Assembly: GCA_043821585.1 (NCBI GenBank)
Contig: JBDRCQ010000009.1
Span: forward strand, 8,189 to 72,188
Length of the DNA: 64,000 nt
Source: an archaeon
GTDB taxonomy: Archaea; Nanobdellota; Nanobdellia; Pacearchaeales; GW2011-AR1
Direction of reading: 5' to 3'
Below are positions 56,157 through 64,000 of the stretch, one piece after another. A model generated the notes under the pieces. It was not told the DNA's origin. It did not search any database and saw only the letters and a program-made list of their open reading frames with translations. Every line of letters begins with the position of its first letter. Position 1 is the stretch's first letter. Position numbers and translations under genes: made by a program.

Positions 56157-56819
56157 TTACTTATAGTGTGGAACTATTTCTTCAGAAATAACGTGTTTAA
56201 CGCCATCTTTGCTTATTGTGAACACATCGATCCCATTTCCAGATCCGGAATCCCTCTCTATTGCTGCCCTTATGCACTCTTTAGCCAATGGGACTGCATC
56301 TTTTACTGTGAGGCTTTTATCATATTTTGATTCTAATAGTCCCAGTATGTAGGGCATACCTGAAGAGAAATTGGCGTCAAAGTCCTCAATCTTTAGTGAT
56401 GATCCTGAAGGCTCAATCGAATAAAGTTCTGTGCTGCCGTCCTCGTTTATTCCTGCGACCAAAAGCCCTACTATGTGTGGCACCATGCTTGGTGTTCTTA
56501 TGCTTTTATAGAATGAAAGGGATATCAGGCTTGCGGCTTCTGAAACTGTTGGTCTTGCACGAGTCTTCAACTCTTTTAACCTTAATTCAGCAGAGATAAT
56601 CTTTGTTGAAAGTTGAGCATCAGAGACCCCTCCCGTCCAGGACACAACCAAATAGTCATTAAGGAGTCTAACCTTCCTTTCTATTTTGCTAGCTATAAGG
56701 TTGCCTGCAGTAGCCCTCCTATCGCCTGCCATTACGACGCCGTCCTGACAAACAATTCCAACTATGCTTGTATTAGATTTCAGCATCTTTTGAGAAATTT
56801 CGTTATTTACTGTCTCCAT
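56157..56819 (-). CDS. psmB: proteasome subunit beta
   Basis: TSIVGIVC.DGVVMAGDRRATAG, SSGMPY, ERDSGSGNG; canonical psmB-aCPSF1 adjacency. Confidence 0.93.
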   Translation of the reverse strand: METVNNEISQKMLKSNTSIVGIVCQDGVVMAGDRRATAGNLIASKIERKVRLLNDYLVVSWTGGVSDAQLSTKIISAELRLKELKTRARPTVSEAASLISLSFYKSIRTPSMVPHIVGLLVAGINEDGSTELYSIEPSGSSLKIEDFDANFSSGMPYILGLLESKYDKSLTVKDAVPLAKECIRAAIERDSGSGNGIDVFTISKDGVKHVISEEIVPHYK

Positions 56820-56927
56820 AGTTATCAGAGAATTCTTATGTATTGAGGATACAGCTTAGGTATTTAAGTTTTTTGGTTTAACTGGCGTTAACAGTAAATT
56901 TAAATTGGTGTCTTGTGAGTGCTGCAC

Positions 56928-57029
56928 ATGGCTGAAGAAAAAGAGAATAAAGAGAAGAAAGAAGGGGAAGAAGACGAAGGAAACGTTGAAGATGCAGAAG
57001 ACGAAAACGAGCCCGCACTTCTGGATTAG
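56928..57029 (+). CDS. putative 33-aa acidic peptide
   Basis: MAEEKENKEKKEGEEDEGNVEDAEDENEPALLD; AATTTAAA box ~25 nt upstream. Confidence 0.4.
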   Translation: MAEEKENKEKKEGEEDEGNVEDAEDENEPALLD

Positions 57030-59107
57030 ACATCTGATTTTTGGTTCAAGATTTCTTCGATTGAAGAGACGTCAGATTCTTTATTGATTTTTATTACATT
57101 CTCGACGAAGCTTTCTATCTTCTGTTCGTGACTTACTATGATTAATTGTTCGGCATTTAGTTCTTCCAAAATGTCTCTCACTTTGTTTATTTGAGCCTCG
57201 GAGAAGCCGTCTGTTGGTTCGTCTAGAATGATGATCCCTCTCGTTTTTATCTTGCTCATCAAAGAGTTTATTGTTTGGTTCAGGGCTAGCCGATAGGCCA
57301 GGGCTACAGCAGTCCTTTCTCCACCTGAGAGGTAACTGTAATCCATTTCCGTTTCTCCTTGCAAGATTATTGGTGTAAAGTTTTCATCTATTTGGGAATC
57401 GAGTGAACTCTCTGACACTAGCATAAGGAACCACTTGCGAAAGAGCGTTGAAAACTCCTTTCTTAGTTTTAAGAGCACGTTCCTTTCTGTTAAGTCTATG
57501 AGTTTGAGAAATTGGTTAGAAAACCAGTCAATTAGTTCATTTGTCTTGTATAACCTCTTCTTTGAGTCTTCTTTTCTTTTGATCATTTCCTGAAAGAGCA
57601 AGATTTCCTTGTGGGATAATTCGAGTTCCCTTATTAACTCGGCTAGAGAAATTTCAACGTTACGCTCTTCTAGAACTGCTTGTCTTAGTTCCCCATCTTT
57701 ATTCTTCTCCTGAAGTTCTAGTGGTGAGTATTTTAGGATTTTTCCCTTTAGATCGTCTATATGTCTTAACAGTAAATCTTGATCTCTTGTTAACGATTCC
57801 TTCTGGATGGAAATATCAATTACTTTCTTTTTTGCCCTTTCTATTTGTTCTTGTTTAACCCTTCTTATTTCCATCTTCGCCCTGGCATCTTCTAACTCCA
57901 TTATTTGTTCTCTTCTGGATGGAACTATTCCAAGAAACTGCTGTCTTTCGATTTCCAGTGCTTCTAACGAAGATTTGATCCTAGAGAGTTTTGATTCTGT
58001 TTCGTTCATTATGTTGTGTTTATGGTGTTCTGAGACGTCTTGAAGACAAGTAGGGCAAATGTCTATTTTGAAAATTCTTTCTTTTTTAGATAAGATTTCT
58101 GTTTTTTCCTGTTCCAGCATAGAGCATTTTGCTAGGATGTCTGAGTTTTTTGAGTTCAATTGCTCGAACTCTGCTCTTTTTGTATTTATTTGGCTGATTA
58201 GATCGTTGTAGGTTAATTCGCTGAAAACTTCGCCTGCCCCGATTATTAACCTCCTAAGCTCTTCCTCTCCTTTTGTAAGATTTAAGAGCAGTTCTCTTTT
58301 TGTCGAAATCAAAATCTTTGTTTTTTCTATTTCTTGTTCAAATACTCTTTTTTCCTGTAAGTTTTTTTCTATGGTTTTTAGCTCTGATTCGATTCTGTTC
58401 TTAGCCCTTGTTTTTTCTTCCAATTCTATTTTTTTTGAGGAGATTTTCCCTTCGAGAGTAGTTATTCCGGATTTTCTGGCCGCCAGTGTTTCTCTATCCC
58501 TGTCTAATTCAGATATCTCCCCTTGCAGAATTTTTGAGTTTCCCTTTAAACTGGCTAATAGGGTGGAGAGGTTATTTTTGATAATCCTGTATTTGTCTAT
58601 CCCGAAAACATGCCTCAAGATGTTCACCCTTGTTTCTGAGTCTTCTAGAATTATCTGTTTCATTTGCTCTTGGGCCGTGTGAACTGTGTATCTGTAGAGG
58701 ATGTTGTTCTTTTTTATAAACTCTGGAGGATACCCCAACAATGAAACTATTTGAGATTTTATTTCAGTTACAGAAGATTCGTTTTTTATTCCGTCGATTG
58801 TAATCGCCGCGTATTCGTTGCTTACGCCCCGGGGCGTCCTCTTAAGTTTTCTCTCGATTAGCACTTCTTTGCCCTGAACATCTAATGCCAGAGAAACCTC
58901 TCCAATGTTTTCGTTGTTTCTTAGTAACGCGTTTCCTTTTTGACCTGGCTGTAATCCGAACAAAGCATATTCCAAGGCCATTAAGATTGTGGTTTTTCCG
59001 CAGCCAACATCCCCTGAAAGTAAGAGAGATCCCTCTGGAAAGTTTATTTCCTGGTCCTGATAGGACCTAATGTTTGAGAGTTTAATCTTTTTGAATCTCA
59101 TCTTCAA
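57026..59107 (-). CDS. rad50: DNA double-strand break repair ATPase Rad50 (short form)
   Basis: NIRSY, Walker A GDVGCGKTT, Zn hook CPTC, LSGGE, ILDEPT, VSH. Confidence 0.93.
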   Translation of the reverse strand: MKMRFKKIKLSNIRSYQDQEINFPEGSLLLSGDVGCGKTTILMALEYALFGLQPGQKGNALLRNNENIGEVSLALDVQGKEVLIERKLKRTPRGVSNEYAAITIDGIKNESSVTEIKSQIVSLLGYPPEFIKKNNILYRYTVHTAQEQMKQIILEDSETRVNILRHVFGIDKYRIIKNNLSTLLASLKGNSKILQGEISELDRDRETLAARKSGITTLEGKISSKKIELEEKTRAKNRIESELKTIEKNLQEKRVFEQEIEKTKILISTKRELLLNLTKGEEELRRLIIGAGEVFSELTYNDLISQINTKRAEFEQLNSKNSDILAKCSMLEQEKTEILSKKERIFKIDICPTCLQDVSEHHKHNIMNETESKLSRIKSSLEALEIERQQFLGIVPSRREQIMELEDARAKMEIRRVKQEQIERAKKKVIDISIQKESLTRDQDLLLRHIDDLKGKILKYSPLELQEKNKDGELRQAVLEERNVEISLAELIRELELSHKEILLFQEMIKRKEDSKKRLYKTNELIDWFSNQFLKLIDLTERNVLLKLRKEFSTLFRKWFLMLVSESSLDSQIDENFTPIILQGETEMDYSYLSGGERTAVALAYRLALNQTINSLMSKIKTRGIIILDEPTDGFSEAQINKVRDILEELNAEQLIIVSHEQKIESFVENVIKINKESDVSSIEEILNQKSDV

Positions 59108-60245
59108 TTATTCTCATAGAGTCTGCTAAAAGCCTGTCTTCAAAGGCTGACTGAGTTTCGTCTTCTAGCTTTTCAACTTGGAGAAATTTAAGCATGGTGG
59201 GAATCAGGTGATTGAATTTATTTGGGTTTTTTTCCTTAAACTGATCTATTAAATCTGATTCTATATTCTCTGAATCTAAGATTTTGGATTCTGTTTCAGA
59301 CTCTGCAACGTGGAGTTTAGAGGTACTCTTGAGGAATACGATTGCTCCATTATCCTTAGCAAATCGTTCTAATTTTGGAAAGTCTATATCAGAGATCTTC
59401 CCTTTCTCTAGTATTCCGGAGACCCGCACGATCACAATTTTTCCCTTCAAATCCTCTTTCTGCAGAAGAGACCTTATCTTTTCTGTTGCGTCGAGGGAAT
59501 CTTTTGTTTCGTATTTTATAGAGATTACTTCTGCTAATTTTATCTCTTGCCTCTTAGGCGTTCCGTTGTCGTAGATGTAAAAAGTACCGTATTTGAGCTC
59601 TTCTAGCTCCGATAGGTTGTTTGGAAAGATTGGCCCAGAGTAAACCTTGCCGTTTTTGTTATAGTTTATGTGAAGATGTGCAAGCGCGGTGTAATTTGCG
59701 GCAGGAAGTTTTGTTTCGTCAACTGCTTTCATGGGGATATTGCCGATCGCGCCTTTTATCGTTGTGTGCAGCATTAAAATTTTGAATAGGCCTGGAGAAT
59801 CCTGTAATTTTATCTTTTCTATATCGTCTACTTCCAAGCCTGATTTTTTACCAGGGTAACCATAAATTGCAACGTTTTTGTAAACTGTTGGGAGAAGCAT
59901 TATTTTTTCATTTCTTTCTTCAAAGTTCGAGACGTTTTTGCAGAAACCTGCTTTTTCTAGTACATCAAGGAATGTTTTTCCAGATACAGAATAGTCGTGA
60001 CTTCCAGCGATTAGAAAGACAGGAATGTTTCTTTCCTTTAGTTTTCTGAACTCTTCGAAAGTTTGTTTTAGGGTTTCTATTGGAGGATATGCTGCGTCAA
60101 ATAAATCTCCTGCTATGAGTATAAACTCTACATTTTCTTTGACTGCTCTTTCGAGGGCAATTTGAAAACTCTTGAAATTTAATTCTTTCAGTTCGGGTTG
60201 TCGCCAGCCCCCAAGATGGCAGTCGCCGAGGTGAGCGAACTTCAT
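59082..60245 (-). CDS. mre11: DNA repair nuclease Mre11
   Basis: AHLGDCHLG, AGDLFD, AGSHD, ALAHLH, YSG phosphoesterase motifs; upstream of rad50. Confidence 0.93.
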   Translation of the reverse strand: MKFAHLGDCHLGGWRQPELKELNFKSFQIALERAVKENVEFILIAGDLFDAAYPPIETLKQTFEEFRKLKERNIPVFLIAGSHDYSVSGKTFLDVLEKAGFCKNVSNFEERNEKIMLLPTVYKNVAIYGYPGKKSGLEVDDIEKIKLQDSPGLFKILMLHTTIKGAIGNIPMKAVDETKLPAANYTALAHLHINYNKNGKVYSGPIFPNNLSELEELKYGTFYIYDNGTPKRQEIKLAEVISIKYETKDSLDATEKIRSLLQKEDLKGKIVIVRVSGILEKGKISDIDFPKLERFAKDNGAIVFLKSTSKLHVAESETESKILDSENIESDLIDQFKEKNPNKFNHLIPTMLKFLQVEKLEDETQSAFEDRLLADSMRIIEDEIQKD

Positions 60246-60414
60246 GGTGGTCTAATTGGGCCGAGTTATTTAAGGATTATTGTGGCAGCCATCCAAATAC
60301 AAAATCTTGCTATTGATTTTGCATAAAGATTTATGAGATAAATCTTTGATACTCATTTCATTTGAATAAAGAATTTGTATACAAAAGTTAAGTTAGAATT
60401 GTGGGGGGGTGATT

Positions 60415-61365
60415 TTAGGATTGGAGTTGCCACCACATTTTTTCTTCGTAAACATTGAGGGAGTCTGAGGTCCCATCGCTATAAATAGTTCTGAGCGGCT
60501 CCCATGTCGGGCCATCTAAGCAGAATAATTGGACGTATTCATCAGCAGGCACTGGTTCTGTGTCGATTAGTATTTTGAACTGTAACTTGCCGTCATTTTG
60601 GCAGCGATTTATTTCGTCTGCGAGGCTTATATTTTGGTTGCCGATCCCAACGGTCCAGTTAGTTTGGCCTCCGTCTCCTGTAAACATAGCACCTGGCTCT
60701 ATTGAGTAGTTAACATAATATGTAGCTTTTTGGTTGGGGTCTGCGGTTCCTGCAGTCGTCCATTCAGTATCATTCACATTGCCACATGGGAAACCCGCTG
60801 CATCAGCCCATCCGCCCTCGCAACTGTATTCGTCCCCATTTTCTCGTTCTACCCAGCCGATTATTGTTGATATACATTTTATTGTTTGAGTGATTACTTT
60901 GTTAGAGCAAGGAACGAGCGCTCCTTTTTTGAATATCGCTGGTTGTACCTCCACTACAAAATCTTCTGCCGTAACTCCCGAAAGGCTTCCTACGTTATTG
61001 ATTATGAATTGTGTGTGTTCTCCTGGAGCGAGGGGAGAAAAGTCAGATGGGCCCTTGAGGAATAGCTCCTTTCCAGCGTTTATCTGTGGCCTTACGCCCA
61101 CCCCTGCCTCTGCGAACCTGATGAATACGCCAGTTATGTTAAATAGCCCTTTATTAATCATTTTTACGCCGACTGACCAGTCGGCCCTATTGCATCTCGC
61201 TTCTTCTATCGATATGCTAAGATCTGCGGGGCATTCTACTCTGTCCACTGGCAACCTGGCTTTTAGGAAAGGATAAACCATTGCCGAGAGGCCGATTGCT
61301 ATAACGACTAGCAAGGCATAAGAAACCATCATACTAACGCCTCTCTTCTTTTTGTGCATATTCAT
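60415..61365 (-). CDS. large pilin-like protein with extra C-terminal domain
   Basis: KKKRG|VSMMVSYALLVVIAIGLSAMVY class III signal; Cys pairs. Confidence 0.75.
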   Translation of the reverse strand: MNMHKKKRGVSMMVSYALLVVIAIGLSAMVYPFLKARLPVDRVECPADLSISIEEARCNRADWSVGVKMINKGLFNITGVFIRFAEAGVGVRPQINAGKELFLKGPSDFSPLAPGEHTQFIINNVGSLSGVTAEDFVVEVQPAIFKKGALVPCSNKVITQTIKCISTIIGWVERENGDEYSCEGGWADAAGFPCGNVNDTEWTTAGTADPNQKATYYVNYSIEPGAMFTGDGGQTNWTVGIGNQNISLADEINRCQNDGKLQFKILIDTEPVPADEYVQLFCLDGPTWEPLRTIYSDGTSDSLNVYEEKMWWQLQS

Positions 61366-61392
61366 CTTAATGGCTGAGTTTATTTAAAGATA

Positions 61393-61947
61393 TCATTCTT
61401 CTCTTGACGTCGCGACGAATTGTTCGCCTTGTCTTTCTTTCTTTAGAATTATGAAAAACATTTCTCCTGGTTTGACGTGGAAGGTGAAGCTAATTTCCTC
61501 TTCTTGACCTTTGTCTAGAACTATGGTTACAGAGTCGTCTCCGTTTAAATCGAATGTGGAGTTGTATTTTCTAATGTCTCCTGAATAAGTCACAACTTCT
61601 GATCCGCCTAAATCTACACCAATGCTTCCCGTGTCTTCGGTGGTGTAAAAAATTGCAGTCATTTCAGTCCTGTTGCCGAAAAGGATCATAAGATCAGAAC
61701 CGATGTTTGCAGAAGCATAATAGTCCGTTAGATTTTCTACGTGTTCGTTACGTTGTTCTTCGGTTAGAGCGTTGAAGATTCCGCTGTCAATCACCGAACC
61801 TGCTTCGTAATTTATTTCTTTTGTTAAGTCATAGACTGAAGAATCTTCTGAAGGTGTTTCTATTGTTGTGTAAACTGCGGAAAGTCCGAAAACTACTCCG
61901 ATGATGACTAACGCTGCGATAAGAAAGAATTGGCCCCTTTTGTTCAT
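61393..61947 (-). CDS. pilin-like protein (G|Q class III signal)
   Basis: MNKRG|QFFLIAALVIIGVVFGL. Confidence 0.72.
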   Translation of the reverse strand: MNKRGQFFLIAALVIIGVVFGLSAVYTTIETPSEDSSVYDLTKEINYEAGSVIDSGIFNALTEEQRNEHVENLTDYYASANIGSDLMILFGNRTEMTAIFYTTEDTGSIGVDLGGSEVVTYSGDIRKYNSTFDLNGDDSVTIVLDKGQEEEISFTFHVKPGEMFFIILKKERQGEQFVATSREE

Positions 61948-62106
61948 GAACAAAAGAGGGATTGGGCATTTTTATAGGTGGCGGTCTTTTGTTTCTTGAA
62001 GGGTTTTTTCGTGATAAGCAGGTGGCGAGAATTTGGCATTTATGATTTTTGTTATCGGTGGGAGGGGTTGCAACTTTTGAAGGTCAATGAGAGTCATCTT
62101 TTTATT

Positions 62107-62451
62107 TTAAGGTCCGACTGGTTCGTGATCGACGGGGTTTTTTGGTGGAAGAGGGGTGCAGATTATGTCTCCTTCTGGGTGTCCGGCACAAGGACTGCCA
62201 GAAGCACGGTGCCACTTACAAACAAGCTCTTGGTAGGGTTCCCCAAAAGGCCACCCGCTATAGGTCATAAGATAACAACCACACTTTTGGCTCCCACCGT
62301 TACCATCGCAAACATAACAAGTTCTTATATCTTCTGTGCAAGAGGGTAGCCACCCGGAAGAAAGTTGAGGTTCATCCTCTTGAACAAGCAAGAACCATCC
62401 AATAACCGCAAGAGCTAGTACGAGAATAACGAGCACATACTCTTTTTTCAT
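62107..62451 (-). CDS. small Cys-rich membrane-anchored/secreted protein
   Basis: N-terminal TM followed by 8 Cys in about 75 aa. Confidence 0.6.
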   Translation of the reverse strand: MKKEYVLVILVLALAVIGWFLLVQEDEPQLSSGWLPSCTEDIRTCYVCDGNGGSQKCGCYLMTYSGWPFGEPYQELVCKWHRASGSPCAGHPEGDIICTPLPPKNPVDHEPVGP

Positions 62452-62508
62452 TTAAATTTAAGGCAGGGTTTTTTTTTAAAGATTTCTATAAGGCTGGCTT
62501 GGCGTTAA

Positions 62509-62563
62509 CTTTGTTCATCCGTGCTGCGGACCTGCTCGCTTGCGCTGTGCGGTTCCTCGCTAG
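62509..62563. repeat. dispersed GC-rich intergenic repeat, copy next to the SRP RNA 3' end
   Basis: Shares 14-nt and 28-nt blocks with 6017-6065. Confidence 0.75.
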
Positions 62564-62575
62564 AATTCACAAAGT

Positions 62576-62837
62576 GGCACGGACAGGGAATTAGCTCAGC
62601 ATCAAACACGAAGCGACCTTGTGTCTTCCTCAGCTCTGCGACCCTACAAGCACCATACTTCCTACTTAGGGCTGCTCCGATCAAGGCCTGACCCGGTTCG
62701 CAAGAGTACGGTCGAATAGGACAAAGCCTCAACGTTAGACGCAAGACTCCGCGCTCTCAACTTCACGCGTTCCTTTAAGTCCACCGTAAAGCCCGTTTGT
62801 GAATGGCATGGGGCTAACATGCCGACTCGTCCGCACC
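62576..62837 (-). ncRNA. ffs: signal recognition particle (SRP/7S) RNA
   Basis: Minus strand has the helix-8 motif GAACCGGGUCAGGCC-UUGAUC-GGAGCAGCCCUAAG; terminal helix 5'-GGUGCGGAC / GUCCGUGCC-3'; Alu-like 5' region GGCAUGUUAGCCCCAUGCC; TATA-like ACTTAAAAA ~25 nt upstream. Confidence 0.88.
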
Positions 62838-62928
62838 GTTAAAACGAGCTGAGAAGGGTTTTTAAGTTTACCTGTGAGGAAACCCTTGCACCTCCTGTGC
62901 TCCGCTTCGGACGTGAGGGTTTTTAAGA

Positions 62929-63312
62929 TTAACTAAATGGTTGTTCTCTGTAATGAGCATGGCGGGGGGCCGTGTTCCTCGCCCCGAGTTCTGTGAAGTT
63001 TATAGTTGACCTTCCGGCAGGGGGCATCTCGGGAGGAAGGTTGATAATCAATTCTTGTCCAGGGTTTGCTATTTCATACGCTCTTGCTAATTTTATGGCT
63101 TCAGGCAAAAAAGATTCTCTGTAAAGATGAACTACATTCCCCTGAGAACTAAAAGCGGGTGCTAGACTGCCTGGAAGTATGTAATTAATTCGTGTTCCAT
63201 TTCCGTTATGGGCTGTCGCATTTGGAAACCTCTCTGAAATCAAAAGTTTTATGGAGGTTCTTGTCTTTGGCCCTTGGGAATCTGTGCAAGGCGTTCCTAA
63301 TGGGTCCCTCAT
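62929..63312 (-). CDS. hypothetical protein
   Basis: 127-aa ORF, TAATG-coupled to the upstream small ORF. Confidence 0.5.
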   Translation of the reverse strand: MRDPLGTPCTDSQGPKTRTSIKLLISERFPNATAHNGNGTRINYILPGSLAPAFSSQGNVVHLYRESFLPEAIKLARAYEIANPGQELIINLPPEMPPAGRSTINFTELGARNTAPRHAHYREQPFS

Positions 63313-63467
63313 TATTGGGAAATCTGCTCCTTGATTTTTTTTATGTCATCTTTAACCTTAAATCTCTTTTTTGGGGTCTTGGCTTCTGCAGATAAGATAA
63401 CTAAGAGTATGATTAGTACAGCTAGTAGAATAAAACTGCTAAAAAGCAGCATGAGTTCCAACACCAT
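63312..63467 (-). CDS. 51-aa single-TM membrane protein (below ORF-track cutoff)
   Basis: MVLELMLLFSSFILLAVLIILLVILSAEAKTPKKRFKVKDDIKKIKEQISQ; TTTTAAA box upstream; TAATG overlap. Confidence 0.55.
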   Translation of the reverse strand: MVLELMLLFSSFILLAVLIILLVILSAEAKTPKKRFKVKDDIKKIKEQISQ

Positions 63468-63511
63468 TGTCAGGTTACTTAAAATTGGTTTAAAAGATTA
63501 ACTGTATAGAA

Positions 63512-64000
63512 TTACATTTGTTCTAAAACGTCTATTCCGAGGAGAGTTAGGGCATTTTGGAGTACTTGGGAGAATGATTCGACTAAAGCAAGACCGAACT
63601 GTTCATTTTCTGACCCAATTATTTTATTTTTGTGGTAGAATTCATTGAATTGTTGCGCGATCTGGTAAGAATAATTTGCTATAAGATTTGGTGCGAGGTT
63701 TTTGTAGGCCCTTTCCACTATCTCTGGGAATTTTGATAACTCAGAGATTAGATTCTTTTCTGAGTTGTTTAGAGAATTTATAGTTAGTTTCTTTTTTGTT
63801 GGTTTTGATTTTCTTAGGATGCTTTTTGCTCTTGCATAAGTATAGAGGAGATAAGGCCCAGTGTTGCCTTCGAAAGACAGAAATTTTTCTACATTAAATA
63901 TTATGCTGTTCTCCCTGTAGTTTTTTAGGTCGCCGTAAAATATCGCAGCTAATGCGATTTTTAAAGAACGCCTTTCTAGTTCCTTTGCTGAGAGTTTTGG
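63512..64000 (-). CDS. argS: arginine--tRNA ligase, C-terminal part (runs off window)
   Basis: Open frame to the edge: AAIFYGDL...FLSFEGNTGPYLLYTYARAKSIL...FNEFYH...LLGI..LEQM. Confidence 0.93.
   Translation of the reverse strand, partial: PKLSAKELERRSLKIALAAIFYGDLKNYRENSIIFNVEKFLSFEGNTGPYLLYTYARAKSILRKSKPTKKKLTINSLNNSEKNLISELSKFPEIVERAYKNLAPNLIANYSYQIAQQFNEFYHKNKIIGSENEQFGLALVESFSQVLQNALTLLGIDVLEQM

Noticed and set aside
60246-60414. Possible replication origin (AT-rich gap with a G-run)
   Set aside because: Only one G-string, no repeated ORB elements and no cdc6/orc1 nearby
62505-62744. 79-aa ORF
   Set aside because: Overlaps the SRP RNA and the repeat; non-ATG start and no protein features

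Overview
Gene-dense archaeal chromosomal segment. Gene content (fused PriS-PriL primase, short Rad50, very compact intergenic spacing, DPANN-style surface proteins) points to a DPANN archaeon, most likely Pacearchaeota/Woesearchaeota-like; this is inference, not a database result. 0.3-7 kb holds enolase, Rpo6, the exosome core (Rrp4/41/42), an inserted pyrB, SBDS and proteasome alpha. 7-21 kb is the large L3-to-SecY ribosomal protein superoperon. 21-36 kb holds an MMPL/RND transporter with a COG1361-like domain, PCNA, primase, two Cys-rich surface proteins, a thermonuclease, ProX and a Grx/TrxB pair. 36.7-48.8 kb is a type IV pilus (Tad-like) locus with five pilin-like genes, ATPase, two platform proteins and large Cys-rich/PKD surface proteins, interrupted by an ArmA/Rmt/FmrO-like 16S rRNA methyltransferase. 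48.8-64 kb holds oapABC, the CCA-adding enzyme, TrmB, a presenilin-like protease, aCPSF1, proteasome beta, Rad50/Mre11, two more pilin-like genes, an SRP RNA and the 3' part of argS. The most notable observations are: an SRP RNA that appears to lack helix 6 and the GNRA tetraloop; an aminoglycoside-resistance-type methyltransferase; a multi-pilin plus Cys-rich adhesin system; a primase that has lost its Fe-S cysteines and gained a Zn-ribbon insertion; a dispersed intergenic repeat; and several single-base disruptions of core genes that are probably assembly errors. No CRISPR array, rRNA, tRNA or transposase was seen.
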